NCBI GenBank assembly: GCA_964569575.1
Contig: CAZMTL010000004.1
Location: 8,959 to 72,958, forward strand
Length of the DNA: 64,000 nucleotides
Reading direction: 5' to 3'
From: an uncultured Gammaproteobacteria bacterium
GTDB lineage: Bacteria; Patescibacteriota; Patescibacteriia; UBA9934
Both the position numbers and the translations under genes were made by a program. Positions within the stretch are counted from its first letter, which is position 1; the number at the start of each line of letters is the position of its first letter. The notes beneath the pieces were generated by a model. That model was not told the DNA's origin, did no database searches, and saw only the letters and a list, made by a program, of their open reading frames with translations. Shown here piece by piece: positions 51,647 to 61,358 of this stretch.

Positions 51647-53839
51647 TTGGGATATATGCAAGAATTACAGATCAAATCAGCAAAACTTGCTTCACAGGCT
51701 GAACGCAAAGAACAAGTACTCGAATCGATCCTCCTTCCATTCGAGCATCTGCCAGGATCTGTCTTCGGCGTACTCTTTATCGAAGGTCAATTAAATGAGC
51801 ATCGGGCAGAAATGGCGGCGATCATTTTTGAACAACTACAACTACTTCAAGCAATAGAAGCAAGCGCAAACGTACCACGTCGCTTTGAACAGCTTCTTCA
51901 ACAAATCAATCAAGAATTGCAAGTACTTCAGCAAAAAAATCCAAAAGTACAAATCGAACAACTGCACGCCATTTTGGGAACTCGTGTAAAAAATCAACTA
52001 TTTCTAAGTGGAACAGGATTTTTGCACGCGCTGTTCATGCACCGAACAGCACAACAACGCTATTCGATTTACCAACTAGACAAGCAATTACAAGAAGGCG
52101 AATTTAATCCAGAAAAACCATTCATCACCGTACTAGACGGCGAACTACACCCAGGCGATGTCTTCTACCTTTCAACCCCCTTGGATCCAAAAGAAATTTC
52201 GATCGGCGAACTACAAGACATTCTAGTCACACTTCCCCCGTCAGGTGCCCTAAAACGGATAGAACAACATGTTCATCGCGACAAAGGCTATGCAGCTGTT
52301 GCTTTTCAAATTCAAGAACCCGAAACACAAACGACTCACAAAAAAATCAACCCGCTCTCGTCCATCACCGAACTCACCCAAACACAAGAAAAAACAACCG
52401 CACTCTTAAGCGAACAAGGAACTGACGTAGTAGGTCGCCTACAAAAAATGGCACAACCACTAATGAAAAAACTCGCCTCTCCAGGGAAGAACGATACTAA
52501 GTCCGTGCTAAAACGCATCGCGAAAATGTTGGTAAAAGCCCTTCTCTTTGTGACTTCAGTTACCGTCAGCATAGTGAAAACAATCCTAACCGCAATCAAA
52601 AAAGCAATCGAACTCACAAAAGAAAAACGAAGCAAATCTGCCGTATCAAACGATTCAGACGCAACGCTTCCGCAAACCGACGAAGCATCAGACTCAACGA
52701 AGCGTTCGGTGTTCCAAAAAATAGCAGCACTTTCAACGCTACAAAAATACGCCATCGGTGGAGTCATTTTATTAATCATCAGTATCGTAATCGTGCTTCT
52801 ATTTGCCTTTTCTGGAAACAAACAAAAAAATCCCGAAATTGATATAAACGAAACAGCACGACAAATCGAAGAACAAATCAACGCAGCTGAAGCAAGCTTG
52901 ATTTACGGCGACCAAGAACAGGCTCAAAGCTTCCTTACTCAAGCTCGAGCACTTCTAGACAGCATCGAGAAAAAAGAGAAAAACCAAGAAGCAATCGCAC
53001 AGCTAGAACAATCAATCGAAACCATCGAAGCAAAAGCTCGTGGAATCACCATGCCAGAACTAACAGAATTGCAAGGACTAAGCGCAACTCTTGGCAACGC
53101 TCCAGCATCGAACATCATTTATCACAACAACACCGTATTTGTAACAAGCGAAACAAATACCGTAGCGTCGTTTAGCGAATTAAACAATTCGTGGATCAAC
53201 GAAAACGTCACCATCGGAAGTATCGCGGCTTCCAAACGTCTACAAACAGAGGGAGCAAATATTCTCGTGCTAGATGACCAAAACCGCCTCGGACGAGCAA
53301 ACATTACCGCAAAAACGCTCAACCCCCTGGTTTCAGGAACACAAAGCCTGACCGACGTACAAGATATCTTCGTCTACAATTCTTCTGTGTACGCGCTCAC
53401 AAACACAACGAAACAAGTCATTCGCATGCGAGCACAAGGCGAAAACTACGAAGCGGGAACATCGTGGATTACAGCAACGACTGAAGAATTGGGTGAATTA
53501 CGATCACTCGCCATTGATGGATCCGTCTACATTCTAGGACCGGACAAGGTGTACGAATTCCTAAGCGGAAGTCAGCAAGCATTCGCGATCACAAATCTAG
53601 AACCCGCACTAGCAAATGCAACAAAAATCTGGACAAACGAAGCGAGTAATCACCTCTACATCCTAGAAGCCGAACAAAAACGAATCGTCGTACTAGACAA
53701 ATCTGGCGTCGTTGTAAGCCAGTATCAGCACAACGAGCTACAAAACGCCCTAGACTTTACCGTAAACGAGGCAGGAAACACCATTTACTTCACAACCGAA
53801 AACAACGCGTACGCATTTACAGCCGAACACCTTCTTTAA
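51647..53839 (+). CDS. large hypothetical membrane protein
   Basis: 730 aa with a central TM helix (IGGVILLIISIVIVLLFAF) and a C-terminal beta-rich region. Confidence 0.5.
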   Translation: MGYMQELQIKSAKLASQAERKEQVLESILLPFEHLPGSVFGVLFIEGQLNEHRAEMAAIIFEQLQLLQAIEASANVPRRFEQLLQQINQELQVLQQKNPKVQIEQLHAILGTRVKNQLFLSGTGFLHALFMHRTAQQRYSIYQLDKQLQEGEFNPEKPFITVLDGELHPGDVFYLSTPLDPKEISIGELQDILVTLPPSGALKRIEQHVHRDKGYAAVAFQIQEPETQTTHKKINPLSSITELTQTQEKTTALLSEQGTDVVGRLQKMAQPLMKKLASPGKNDTKSVLKRIAKMLVKALLFVTSVTVSIVKTILTAIKKAIELTKEKRSKSAVSNDSDATLPQTDEASDSTKRSVFQKIAALSTLQKYAIGGVILLIISIVIVLLFAFSGNKQKNPEIDINETARQIEEQINAAEASLIYGDQEQAQSFLTQARALLDSIEKKEKNQEAIAQLEQSIETIEAKARGITMPELTELQGLSATLGNAPASNIIYHNNTVFVTSETNTVASFSELNNSWINENVTIGSIAASKRLQTEGANILVLDDQNRLGRANITAKTLNPLVSGTQSLTDVQDIFVYNSSVYALTNTTKQVIRMRAQGENYEAGTSWITATTEELGELRSLAIDGSVYILGPDKVYEFLSGSQQAFAITNLEPALANATKIWTNEASNHLYILEAEQKRIVVLDKSGVVVSQYQHNELQNALDFTVNEAGNTIYFTTENNAYAFTAEHLL

Positions 53840-53846
53840 AAACAAA

Positions 53847-53870
53847 GACCCCGTACACGTGTACGAGGTC
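53847..53870. terminator. near-perfect 24-nt palindrome GACCcCGTACACGTGTACGaGGTC (terminator-like)
   Basis: On the minus strand it is followed by TTTGTTTT, downstream of the GC-rich ORF. Confidence 0.5.
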
Positions 53871-53895
53871 CGAGTGACGCCTCAGGTTGAAGCGA

Positions 53896-54681
53896 TCACG
53901 AGTCCGGGCTAGAGGTTCGCGGAAGTCCTGCTGACAGACGGGTCATTACCTCGGGAGGAAACGAAGCTGGCTGATCGAGCCTCATACCTCCTCCGCCGGC
54001 GGTGATACGAAGCCTACCAAGCCGCAACAGACGCAACTCCCGTCGAGCGAGCGCCACCAGACGAACACCGTCTTCCAGATACCCTTCGTAGCGACGAATG
54101 GTGCCTTCGAGCGAAATTCCTTGACGAAGGCACTCAACCACCCATTCTGCGCAGATTGACGGAGGCAGCCGAGGAACACGCGTGAAGAATTCTACGACCT
54201 TCGACCAGTCCATCAGATGTTCCTGGAAGTGCTGCTGCACATGTTCCGGAACCTCCAACAAGGCCGATCGACGAGCGCAGACAGCTGAGACGATGGACCG
54301 GTTGAGCAGATCTTTATCAGCGGTATTCTGACCTGCTCGACACAGCGCATCGATGATCTTCTTCACATACCCAGGCAATTCGCCAGGGTACTTCTTGTGC
54401 ACCCCTGATTCCGCAAGCGCACTCAGAACTGCATAACGCGTCTCCTGACACGGAAGCAGCTTCTCCCACCTACGTACCGCCGAAAGCACCGCACGTCGTG
54501 GAAGCATCGGCAAGTCACACTGTACTGCTCGGGCATGCGCGACAATCACGTCGATGACGTCCACTTCTTCACGCGTCAAAAACCACTTGGTCGACACATA
54601 ACGACGCGCCGAGCGCGCATATTGATCGAGAGCCTCCTTGGCCAGTTGTTCAAGGTTGATCGAAACATCAATCCACTGCAT
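53896..54681 (-). CDS. hypothetical protein in GC-rich island (about 57% GC)
   Basis: 261-aa ORF with ATG and GAGGAG 9 nt upstream, and no motifs. Confidence 0.5.
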   Translation of the reverse strand: MQWIDVSINLEQLAKEALDQYARSARRYVSTKWFLTREEVDVIDVIVAHARAVQCDLPMLPRRAVLSAVRRWEKLLPCQETRYAVLSALAESGVHKKYPGELPGYVKKIIDALCRAGQNTADKDLLNRSIVSAVCARRSALLEVPEHVQQHFQEHLMDWSKVVEFFTRVPRLPPSICAEWVVECLRQGISLEGTIRRYEGYLEDGVRLVALARRELRLLRLGRLRITAGGGGMRLDQPASFPPEVMTRLSAGLPRTSSPDS

Positions 54682-54748
54682 GTGGAAAATCTCCTCACGG
54701 ACCGCAGGATGCTACAGGAAAAAGAAAACTTGGTCAATAAACCAAGCT

Positions 54749-55006
54749 TTAATCAATAGCCCCTTCTTCTTTTAAAATCTCTATCTTTCGCTCCTCCCCT
54801 CGATTATATCCACCCATTCGTCCATCCGATCGCACCACTCGATGACACGGAATGCTTGGATCATAATTTGTATTCAACACACTTCCGACAGCTCGATACG
54901 CTTTTGGCCTACCGGCAGCTTCCGCCACCTGCTTATACGTCAAAACCTTCCCTTTCGGAATAGCCTTCACTACGGCAAAAACAGCTTGTGCAAATTCTGT
55001 ATTCAT
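54749..55006 (-). CDS. MGMT-family DNA-binding domain protein (O6-alkylguanine transferase-like)
   Basis: PCHRVV active-site motif and a helix-turn-helix. Confidence 0.75.
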   Translation of the reverse strand: MNTEFAQAVFAVVKAIPKGKVLTYKQVAEAAGRPKAYRAVGSVLNTNYDPSIPCHRVVRSDGRMGGYNRGEERKIEILKEEGAID

Positions 55007-55042
55007 AAAACAAGTATAACAACAAATCTAGTTCAAACAAAA

Positions 55043-55070
55043 AACAGGGCCGAAGCCCCGTTTTTTTTTG
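55043..55070. terminator. intrinsic terminator after rplL
   Basis: GGGC-CGAA-GCCC hairpin with 9 T on one strand and an A/T-run on the other. Confidence 0.55.
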
Positions 55071-55081
55071 TCGAAACAACC

Positions 55082-55477
55082 TTACTTGATAGTAACAGTT
55101 GCTCCAGCTGCTTCCAACTTCTTTTTCATGTCTTCAGCTTCTTCCTTTGATGCCTTTTCCTTGATTACCTTTGGTGCACCATCAACCATTTCCTTTGCTT
55201 CCTTCAAACCAAGACCAGTGATTTCTCGAACAGCCTTGATTACGTTGATTTTGCTATCTCCAGCTCCAGACAATTCAACATCAAACGCGCTCTTTTCTTC
55301 AGCTGCCGCCGCTCCTCCAGGAGCTGCCATCATCATAGCTGGCGCCGCTGCAGAAACTCCGAACTTATCTTCCAATACCTTTACAAGTTCTGAAAGATCG
55401 ATTACAGACATCTGTTCGATTTCTTCAACAAGTTTCTTGAACTTTTCAGGAACTTCTACGTTCTTTACTTCTTCTGA
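55082..55477 (-). CDS. rplL: 50S ribosomal protein L7/L12
   Basis: Ala/Pro hinge ([19 protein letters not shown]) and a C-terminal domain ([18 protein letters not shown]). Confidence 0.95.
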   Translation of the reverse strand, partial: SEEVKNVEVPEKFKKLVEEIEQMSVIDLSELVKVLEDKFGVSAAAPAMMMAAPGGAAAAEEKSAFDVELSGAGDSKINVIKAVREITGLGLKEAKEMVDGAPKVIKEKASKEEAEDMKKKLEAAGATVTIK

Positions 55478-55505
55478 CATAAATATACCGTTACAAATAA
55501 TTAAT

Positions 55506-56024
55506 TTAACCTTTCTTCTCACTAATTGCTCCAAGAACCGTTACGAGACCTCGCAAATTACCTGCAAGAACGTTGACGAATCCAGAAACAGGGGCGTTGA
55601 TTGAACCAACCAACTTCGCATAGAGCTCTTCTCGGCTAGGAAGAAGTGCCAACTGATTCACTTCTTGTGAACCAATCTGACGACCTTCTAAAAATCCCGA
55701 TACCAACGAAACGGCTTCGTTTTCTTTGGTAAGCTCTTTCAAAAGCTTCGCTGCACCAACATCATCTCCAAACGCCACGGCAGTAAGGATTGATCCCTTC
55801 AACGCTGAAGTGTCTAGATCAAATCCCGCTTCCTTCGCGGCAATTTTGAGAAGTGTCTTTTTTGCAACGAATACCTTGATGTCCTTTTCTTCTGCCTTCG
55901 TACGCAGCGCATCTGCCTGCGCCATACCGAATCCAGAGATTGAAGAGAACGCGGCAGACTTCATGTTTTTGAAGTCCTGAGCAATTCGCTCAACGATCAC
56001 TTCTTTTTGTGGACGAGTTTTCGC
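55506..56024 (-). CDS. rplJ: 50S ribosomal protein L10
   Basis: L10 fold and position upstream of rplL. Confidence 0.9.
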   Translation of the reverse strand, partial: AKTRPQKEVIVERIAQDFKNMKSAAFSSISGFGMAQADALRTKAEEKDIKVFVAKKTLLKIAAKEAGFDLDTSALKGSILTAVAFGDDVGAAKLLKELTKENEAVSLVSGFLEGRQIGSQEVNQLALLPSREELYAKLVGSINAPVSGFVNVLAGNLRGLVTVLGAISEKKG

Positions 56025-56230
56025 CATACTACATTGAATTAACATGCAGATGAAAGAGGAAGGCATCTCCACTTCCAGTCCGCTGAATAAAAAACAACGG
56101 CTGAAAAGCCGTAGAAAATGAAGCGAAATCGCTAGAAATATGCCTCGATGAGATTTATGCGTTCGCTACTCACTTTCTACGGCTCTTCTGTTGTTGGACA
56201 TACACTATCAAAAAAGAAAAACGACGTCAA
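56025..56230 (-). promoter_or_regulatory. putative L10 (rplJ) leader region
   Basis: About 200-nt untranslated leader upstream of rplJ. Only the position is established. Confidence 0.3.
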
Positions 56231-56232
56231 CC

Positions 56233-57390
56233 TTAGGAAAGCACCGAAAAAGCCTGCAAAACAGTCAAAACAGCCCCTGCAGCAAAAACGAATCCAACAG
56301 CTACCAATATACTGTCAGGGATCGTTAAGCAGCGCTTAGGCGTGCACACATCGCGTTTTGCACGCACATACAAATACAACACAATTAAGCCGATTAAACT
56401 TCCAAGAAAACCACCCGTAAATCCAATAACATCAATAAAATCACGAGCGCCCAGCAAAAAAGCAACAAACGGAACCGAACACGCAAGCGCCCAAGCGCGC
56501 AAATAGCGCCACTTAAAATCGTAAACAAGAGTATCCATAACGCTAATGCCCAAGATCAAAAAGCTGGTAAATACAGAAAAAAGTCCAATAACCGCTCCTA
56601 CGACCAAAACCCATTCACCTACAATGCTTCCAAGACCAGTGATAGCATCTTGTGTTGTAAGGGGTCCGGTAACACCAACGACCACGGCACTAAACGCGAC
56701 ATAGACCAAAAACACGATCGCCATCGAAGCAAGAATAACCGGTCGCAGCAAACGATCTCGTTGTTTCGCTAAAATATGAGCCGCTTCTGGTACGGCGGCC
56801 AAACCACCAAATGCAAACAACACAACACCAAATGGCAAAAACCACGACGATTCGCGAGCGGCGTTCAAAAAAGAAAGCTCGACATGCGGAACAGAACCAG
56901 CGACCACCACCGTAAGCATAATCAACAACGCCAGCACAAACACAACCTCCAGGTGGGCAATAAAACTAAGCCCACCAATCAACAAAAGACTCGACACAGC
57001 AAAAAAGACCAGCTGGTAGACCATCAATTCACCTCCTAACACGGGCTCCAGTAACGCAAAAAGAAAATCCCCGCCCAAAATAATATAAGCAATCATGGCG
57101 CCCCAAGTCGACGTAAATAAAAAGAGTGTCGCCACCCAACTAGCTTCGCGACCCACATACCGATCAACCAATCCCGCCATTCGGGAAACGCCCGGAGTGT
57201 TACGAATGACGTCCGCATAAAGAACGAGCAAGAGCGTATTTACCACCACAACAACAATCATGTGCACCATTCCAACCCAAAAACCAGCCTGAGCAAATAC
57301 AAACGGCAGCCCAAAAATACCAACCCCAATAACCGAACCAATAATCGGCTGCATTCCCTGAAAAAATAATCCATGTACCCCCTTTTTCAT
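56233..57390 (-). CDS. APC-superfamily amino acid permease
   Basis: About 11 TM helices starting GSVIGVGIFGLPF. Confidence 0.7.
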   Translation of the reverse strand: MKKGVHGLFFQGMQPIIGSVIGVGIFGLPFVFAQAGFWVGMVHMIVVVVVNTLLLVLYADVIRNTPGVSRMAGLVDRYVGREASWVATLFLFTSTWGAMIAYIILGGDFLFALLEPVLGGELMVYQLVFFAVSSLLLIGGLSFIAHLEVVFVLALLIMLTVVVAGSVPHVELSFLNAARESSWFLPFGVVLFAFGGLAAVPEAAHILAKQRDRLLRPVILASMAIVFLVYVAFSAVVVGVTGPLTTQDAITGLGSIVGEWVLVVGAVIGLFSVFTSFLILGISVMDTLVYDFKWRYLRAWALACSVPFVAFLLGARDFIDVIGFTGGFLGSLIGLIVLYLYVRAKRDVCTPKRCLTIPDSILVAVGFVFAAGAVLTVLQAFSVLS

Positions 57391-57529
57391 ACGCAAATTA
57401 TACCACAGCAACCACTCATCATCACCAGACCAGGCAAAACACTCAACGAAGCAAGAAAAGTGAAATATTTATGCACCAACCATCCCCAATTTGGGTTGCA
57501 GAAAGCCATAATTACATTAAGATACAGGC

Positions 57530-58996
57530 ATGAATAACGAAATGCGCCACATCCCGCCACATAACCTGGAAGCTGAAGAATCACTTCTTGGGGCGATTTT
57601 AATTGAACCGGAAGCTTTGCTAAAAGTGGTCGATATTCTTCAACCAGAAGACTTCTACAAAGATGCTTACAAAACCATCTTCGAAGGAATGCTGGAACTT
57701 TCCGAAAAACACGAACCAGTCGATCTTTTAACTCTCGGAAACAAATTAGAAGAACGTGACGTCCTAAAACGCATCGGCGGACGATCGGCGCTCGTTGAGC
57801 TCACAAACCGCGTAACCACATCGGCCCACATTCAAAACTACGCGAACATTATTAGTAAAAAAGCCACTTTACGACGACTAATTCGTGCAGCAGGCGAAAT
57901 TACCGAACTCGGATTCGACGAAAACGAAGATGTAGATCTACTGATCGACGAAGCAGAGCGCAAACTGTTCAACGTTTCGCAAAAAAATAACAACAATAAC
58001 TTCGTACCGATGCGTTCAATTTTGGCAAATGCCTTCGAACGCATCGACGAACTTCACCAAAGCCAAGGAAAACTAAAAGGCGTCCCATCTGGCTTCACCG
58101 GTGTCGACAATCTACTCGGAGGCCTGCAGCGTACGGATTTAATTATTCTTGCCGCCCGACCTTCGGTTGGAAAGACTTCTTTTTCCCTCGACATCATTCG
58201 CTCGGTAGCGGTAAAGCACAAACAGCCTGTTGGATACTTCTCGCTGGAAATGGCAAAAGAACAAATTGTCGACCGCATGCTTTGTGCCGAAGCAAACGTC
58301 GACCTTTGGAAATTACGAACCGGACGTCTTTCCGACAAAGACGACGACTTCCCGCGAATCGGTGAAGCTCTCGGACGCCTTTCGGAAGCTCCAATTTTTA
58401 TCGATGACTCCTCTTCGGCAAACATCATGACGATTCGTTCAAAGGCACGGCGATTAAAAGCAGAACACGGCCTTTCCTTAATCGTAATCGACTACTTGCA
58501 GCTAATGGATGCTCGCAAACACAGCGACAACCGTGTACAAGAAGTGGCCGAAATCAGTCGTGGATTAAAGCAAATCGCAAAAGAATTAGACGTACCAGTC
58601 CTTGCGCTTGCACAGCTCTCGCGTGCCGTTGAACAAACCAAACCAGCCATTCCAAAACTCTCCCACCTTCGTGACTCGGGTTCCATCGAGCAAGACGCCG
58701 ATATCGTGATGTTCCTCTATCGAAAAGGCGCCGACCGAAACTACATGCCCGAAGAATTAACACCCGAAGAACAAAACTCAGGCGAAGTTCACATCGCAAA
58801 ACACCGTAACGGACCAACGGGAATGGTAAAACTCTACTGGGACAAACCTCGAGCCAGCTTCAAAAATCTGGAACAGCACCGCGCACCAGCGATGCCAAGT
58901 CAAAACTCGGGACCACAAACATCAGGCCCTCACAACATCGGCCTTCCCCCTGGAGTCCCTCCAAAACAACCAGCAACAGCCAGTGAACACGGTTGA
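57530..58996 (+). CDS. dnaB: replicative DNA helicase
   Basis: N-terminal DnaB domain (PHNLEAEESLLGAIL) and RecA-like domain (ARPSVGKTSF). Confidence 0.95.
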   Translation: MNNEMRHIPPHNLEAEESLLGAILIEPEALLKVVDILQPEDFYKDAYKTIFEGMLELSEKHEPVDLLTLGNKLEERDVLKRIGGRSALVELTNRVTTSAHIQNYANIISKKATLRRLIRAAGEITELGFDENEDVDLLIDEAERKLFNVSQKNNNNNFVPMRSILANAFERIDELHQSQGKLKGVPSGFTGVDNLLGGLQRTDLIILAARPSVGKTSFSLDIIRSVAVKHKQPVGYFSLEMAKEQIVDRMLCAEANVDLWKLRTGRLSDKDDDFPRIGEALGRLSEAPIFIDDSSSANIMTIRSKARRLKAEHGLSLIVIDYLQLMDARKHSDNRVQEVAEISRGLKQIAKELDVPVLALAQLSRAVEQTKPAIPKLSHLRDSGSIEQDADIVMFLYRKGADRNYMPEELTPEEQNSGEVHIAKHRNGPTGMVKLYWDKPRASFKNLEQHRAPAMPSQNSGPQTSGPHNIGLPPGVPPKQPATASEHG

Positions 58997-59047
58997 TAAA
59001 AACCACAAAAGCAAGTATTTTATCTACATTAATCTTTACAAAATTGT

Positions 59048-59344
59048 ATGTTCAACAAACTGAAACAAATTAAAGACATCCGAAATCAAGCAAAAGAAAT
59101 GCAAAGCATGCTTGCTGACGTAATGGTGGTTGGTCAATCATCTGGATCGAAAGTGATGATTACACTCGACGGAAACCAGAAAGTACAGGGTGTAAAAATT
59201 GAAGGCGAACACGACAACGCAACGCTTGAATCAGCTATCAAAGACGCCTTCAACGATGCAACAAAAAAGCTTCAAAAAGAAATGGCAATGAAAATGAAAG
59301 ACATGGGAGGACTAGAAGCACTTAAAGACATGTTGGGTGGCTAA
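59048..59344 (+). CDS. ybaB: nucleoid-associated protein YbaB/EbfC
   Basis: YbaB family length and pattern (KEMQSMLADV...GSKVMITLDGNQKV). Confidence 0.85.
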   Translation: MFNKLKQIKDIRNQAKEMQSMLADVMVVGQSSGSKVMITLDGNQKVQGVKIEGEHDNATLESAIKDAFNDATKKLQKEMAMKMKDMGGLEALKDMLGG

Positions 59345-59353
59345 AACCCGCGC

Positions 59354-59953
59354 ATGCGAAAATTTCCAGCTCCAATCCATAACGCTGTCGCAGCACTTTC
59401 GAAACTACCGGGAGTCGGTCCAAAAACCGCTCTCCGGTATGTTTTTACATTGCTACGATTTAGTCCAAACGATCTAGAAACAATCGCTCGCGCCATCGCA
59501 GCCCTTCGCTATATCCAAGTCTGCAACATCTGTCTCACCTATTCCGAACAACAAATCTGCGGCATTTGTAGTGACGAAAAACGTCAAAACACCATTCTGT
59601 GCATCGTATCCGAAGCACGAGACATTTCAACCATCGAAGCAACAGATGCATTCAAAGGGAAATACTTCGTACTCGGTGGCGTACTCAATCCCGTAGAAGG
59701 AAAGACGCCAGAACAGCTGAACATAAAAAAGCTCATCGAGCGACTAGAAATCCAACCCGATATCCAAGAACTGATCTTCGCCTTCTCACCAGACATCCAC
59801 GGCGAAACGACCATCATGTTCCTTTCTCGGCGACTAAAATATCTACAAAAGAAAATGACCCGTCTTGCCCGCGGCCTTCCAATGGGCGCAGACATCGAGT
59901 ACGCAGACGAAGTAACCCTAGGCGACGCCCTACTCGGCAGACGCGAGATGTAA
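59354..59953 (+). CDS. recR: recombination protein RecR
   Basis: HhH (LPGVGPKTA), C4 zinc finger (CNIC...CGIC) and Toprim domain. Confidence 0.95.
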   Translation: MRKFPAPIHNAVAALSKLPGVGPKTALRYVFTLLRFSPNDLETIARAIAALRYIQVCNICLTYSEQQICGICSDEKRQNTILCIVSEARDISTIEATDAFKGKYFVLGGVLNPVEGKTPEQLNIKKLIERLEIQPDIQELIFAFSPDIHGETTIMFLSRRLKYLQKKMTRLARGLPMGADIEYADEVTLGDALLGRREM

Positions 59954-59983
59954 AAAAATAAGCGCCCGATCACTCGAGCGCAG

Positions 59984-60394
59984 CTACGCAGACCATCGAA
60001 GTACCTCCCCACCTCGAAATACTTTCAGGTCCACAGAATGCCGATGCCGGTCTACCAATCGCAGAGCAAAGCTTCGACCTTTTGGGAAGAAACGAAGTCT
60101 ACTGAGGTACACGGCTGTAAACACGATCTCGAAGTGAGAGCGGTTCACAGCAACCGGAGTCGCACTCCAGCCTTCTTCGTCAGAATCCCGAAACGAACGC
60201 AAATGCTGCGAGTATGCCGCAACAAATCGCCGAAACTGTTCCTGTGAAGAAAGCACCGCAGCGTATTCCCACCTGTCCCCCGGGACAAGTACCGAGATCG
60301 GCAACCGAAGCAGCGCACGCCTCGTAGTCGCCAAGATCATCTTCACATCACCTGAACGCAAGCATCCTCCAACACAATGGTCTACCTCTAGCAT
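59984..60394 (-). CDS. hypothetical ORF in GC-rich island (about 55% GC)
   Basis: 136-aa ORF with no SD and no motifs. Confidence 0.35.
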   Translation of the reverse strand: MLEVDHCVGGCLRSGDVKMILATTRRALLRLPISVLVPGDRWEYAAVLSSQEQFRRFVAAYSQHLRSFRDSDEEGWSATPVAVNRSHFEIVFTAVYLSRLRFFPKGRSFALRLVDRHRHSVDLKVFRGGEVLRWSA

Positions 60395-60429
60395 GCGAAA
60401 TATATTTCAACTCGTCAAATCATAACAAA

Positions 60430-60457
60430 CAAAAAAGAGCCATACGGCTCGTTTTTG
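60430..60457 (-). terminator. intrinsic terminator after rplU
   Basis: On the minus strand, GAGCC-GTAT-GGCTC followed by TTTTTTG. Confidence 0.6.
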
Positions 60458-60458
60458 T

Positions 60459-60773
60459 TTATACGGTGATCTTTTCGATCTTAATCTTCGTAAACGGTTG
60501 TCGGTGACCAACGTTTCGTCGGTATCGAGACTTTGGCTTGTACTTAATAACAGAAACCTTATCTCCCTTACCAGTTTCTACCACCGTCGCACTTACCTTT
60601 GCTCCAGAAACAAGCGGAGCGCCTACTTTAATATCTGAATCAGCTTCGCTTCCAACAAGAAGAGCTTCGAATTCAATTCCTTTTCCATCTTCAAGCTCGA
60701 GCTTTTCGACTTCAAGAATTTGACCTTCTTGAACCACGTATTGCTTTCCGCCTGTCTTAATTACTGCAAACAT
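60459..60773 (-). CDS. rplU: 50S ribosomal protein L21
   Basis: MFAVIKTGGKQY... L21 signature. Confidence 0.95.
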   Translation of the reverse strand: MFAVIKTGGKQYVVQEGQILEVEKLELEDGKGIEFEALLVGSEADSDIKVGAPLVSGAKVSATVVETGKGDKVSVIKYKPKSRYRRNVGHRQPFTKIKIEKITV

Positions 60774-60845
60774 ACTTTATTTTTGGCTGCTTCAGGCTCG
60801 CTTGCGCGATTAGGCCTTGATCATGCCTTTAAGAATAACGGCAAA

Positions 60846-60874
60846 AATATACCAGTTTTAGAAAAAAATGTCAA
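60846..60874 (-). promoter_or_regulatory. sigma70-like promoter for rplU (TTGACA-17-TATATT on the minus strand)
   Basis: Consensus -35 and good -10 with a 17-nt spacer, about 70 nt upstream of the rplU start. Confidence 0.5.
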
Positions 60875-60899
60875 TTTAAGGCGTAAATGGCACTTTTTG

Positions 60900-61358
60900 C
60901 TAAATTCCTTCGAATTGAAGCGAACTTCCTTCAAGCAAACCTAGACGATCGGCCGAACCGGCAGGCAATTCAAGCACCATATCAACCTCGAATGGCCTTG
61001 AATGCATTCGAGGAACATCCTCACCAGAAAACCCAACAGGGACGTTCTTCGAAATCTTCATAATCTTCCCATCTCGCAACCAAATAACATCCAATGGATA
61101 ATGCATGCCCTTCATCCAAAATGACCGTTCTTCGTAGTCAGAAAAAACAAACAACATCCCATCAGCTCCCAAAGTATCCAAATGAGTACCAGAAAGGCCT
61201 CGAGTACGCTCAATAGCGGTGTCCGCGACTAATACATCTAAAGTACCTGAATCATGCGTGACAACAGCACGATCTTTACCTTGAGAGAAAACAAGGAAAA
61301 TGAATAAAGCAACAACGGCAAGTAATGCCAGCCCAATCGAGATGATCATTTTTTTCAT
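60900..61358 (-). CDS. DUF192-family secreted protein
   Basis: Signal/TM segment and MHYPLDVIW-type core. Confidence 0.6.
   Translation of the reverse strand: MKKMIISIGLALLAVVALFIFLVFSQGKDRAVVTHDSGTLDVLVADTAIERTRGLSGTHLDTLGADGMLFVFSDYEERSFWMKGMHYPLDVIWLRDGKIMKISKNVPVGFSGEDVPRMHSRPFEVDMVLELPAGSADRLGLLEGSSLQFEGI

Noticed and set aside
52336-52881. 181-aa antisense ORF inside the 730-aa membrane protein gene
   Set aside because: No start context, and Cys/Ser-rich nonsense-like sequence. The sense frame is much longer and coherent.
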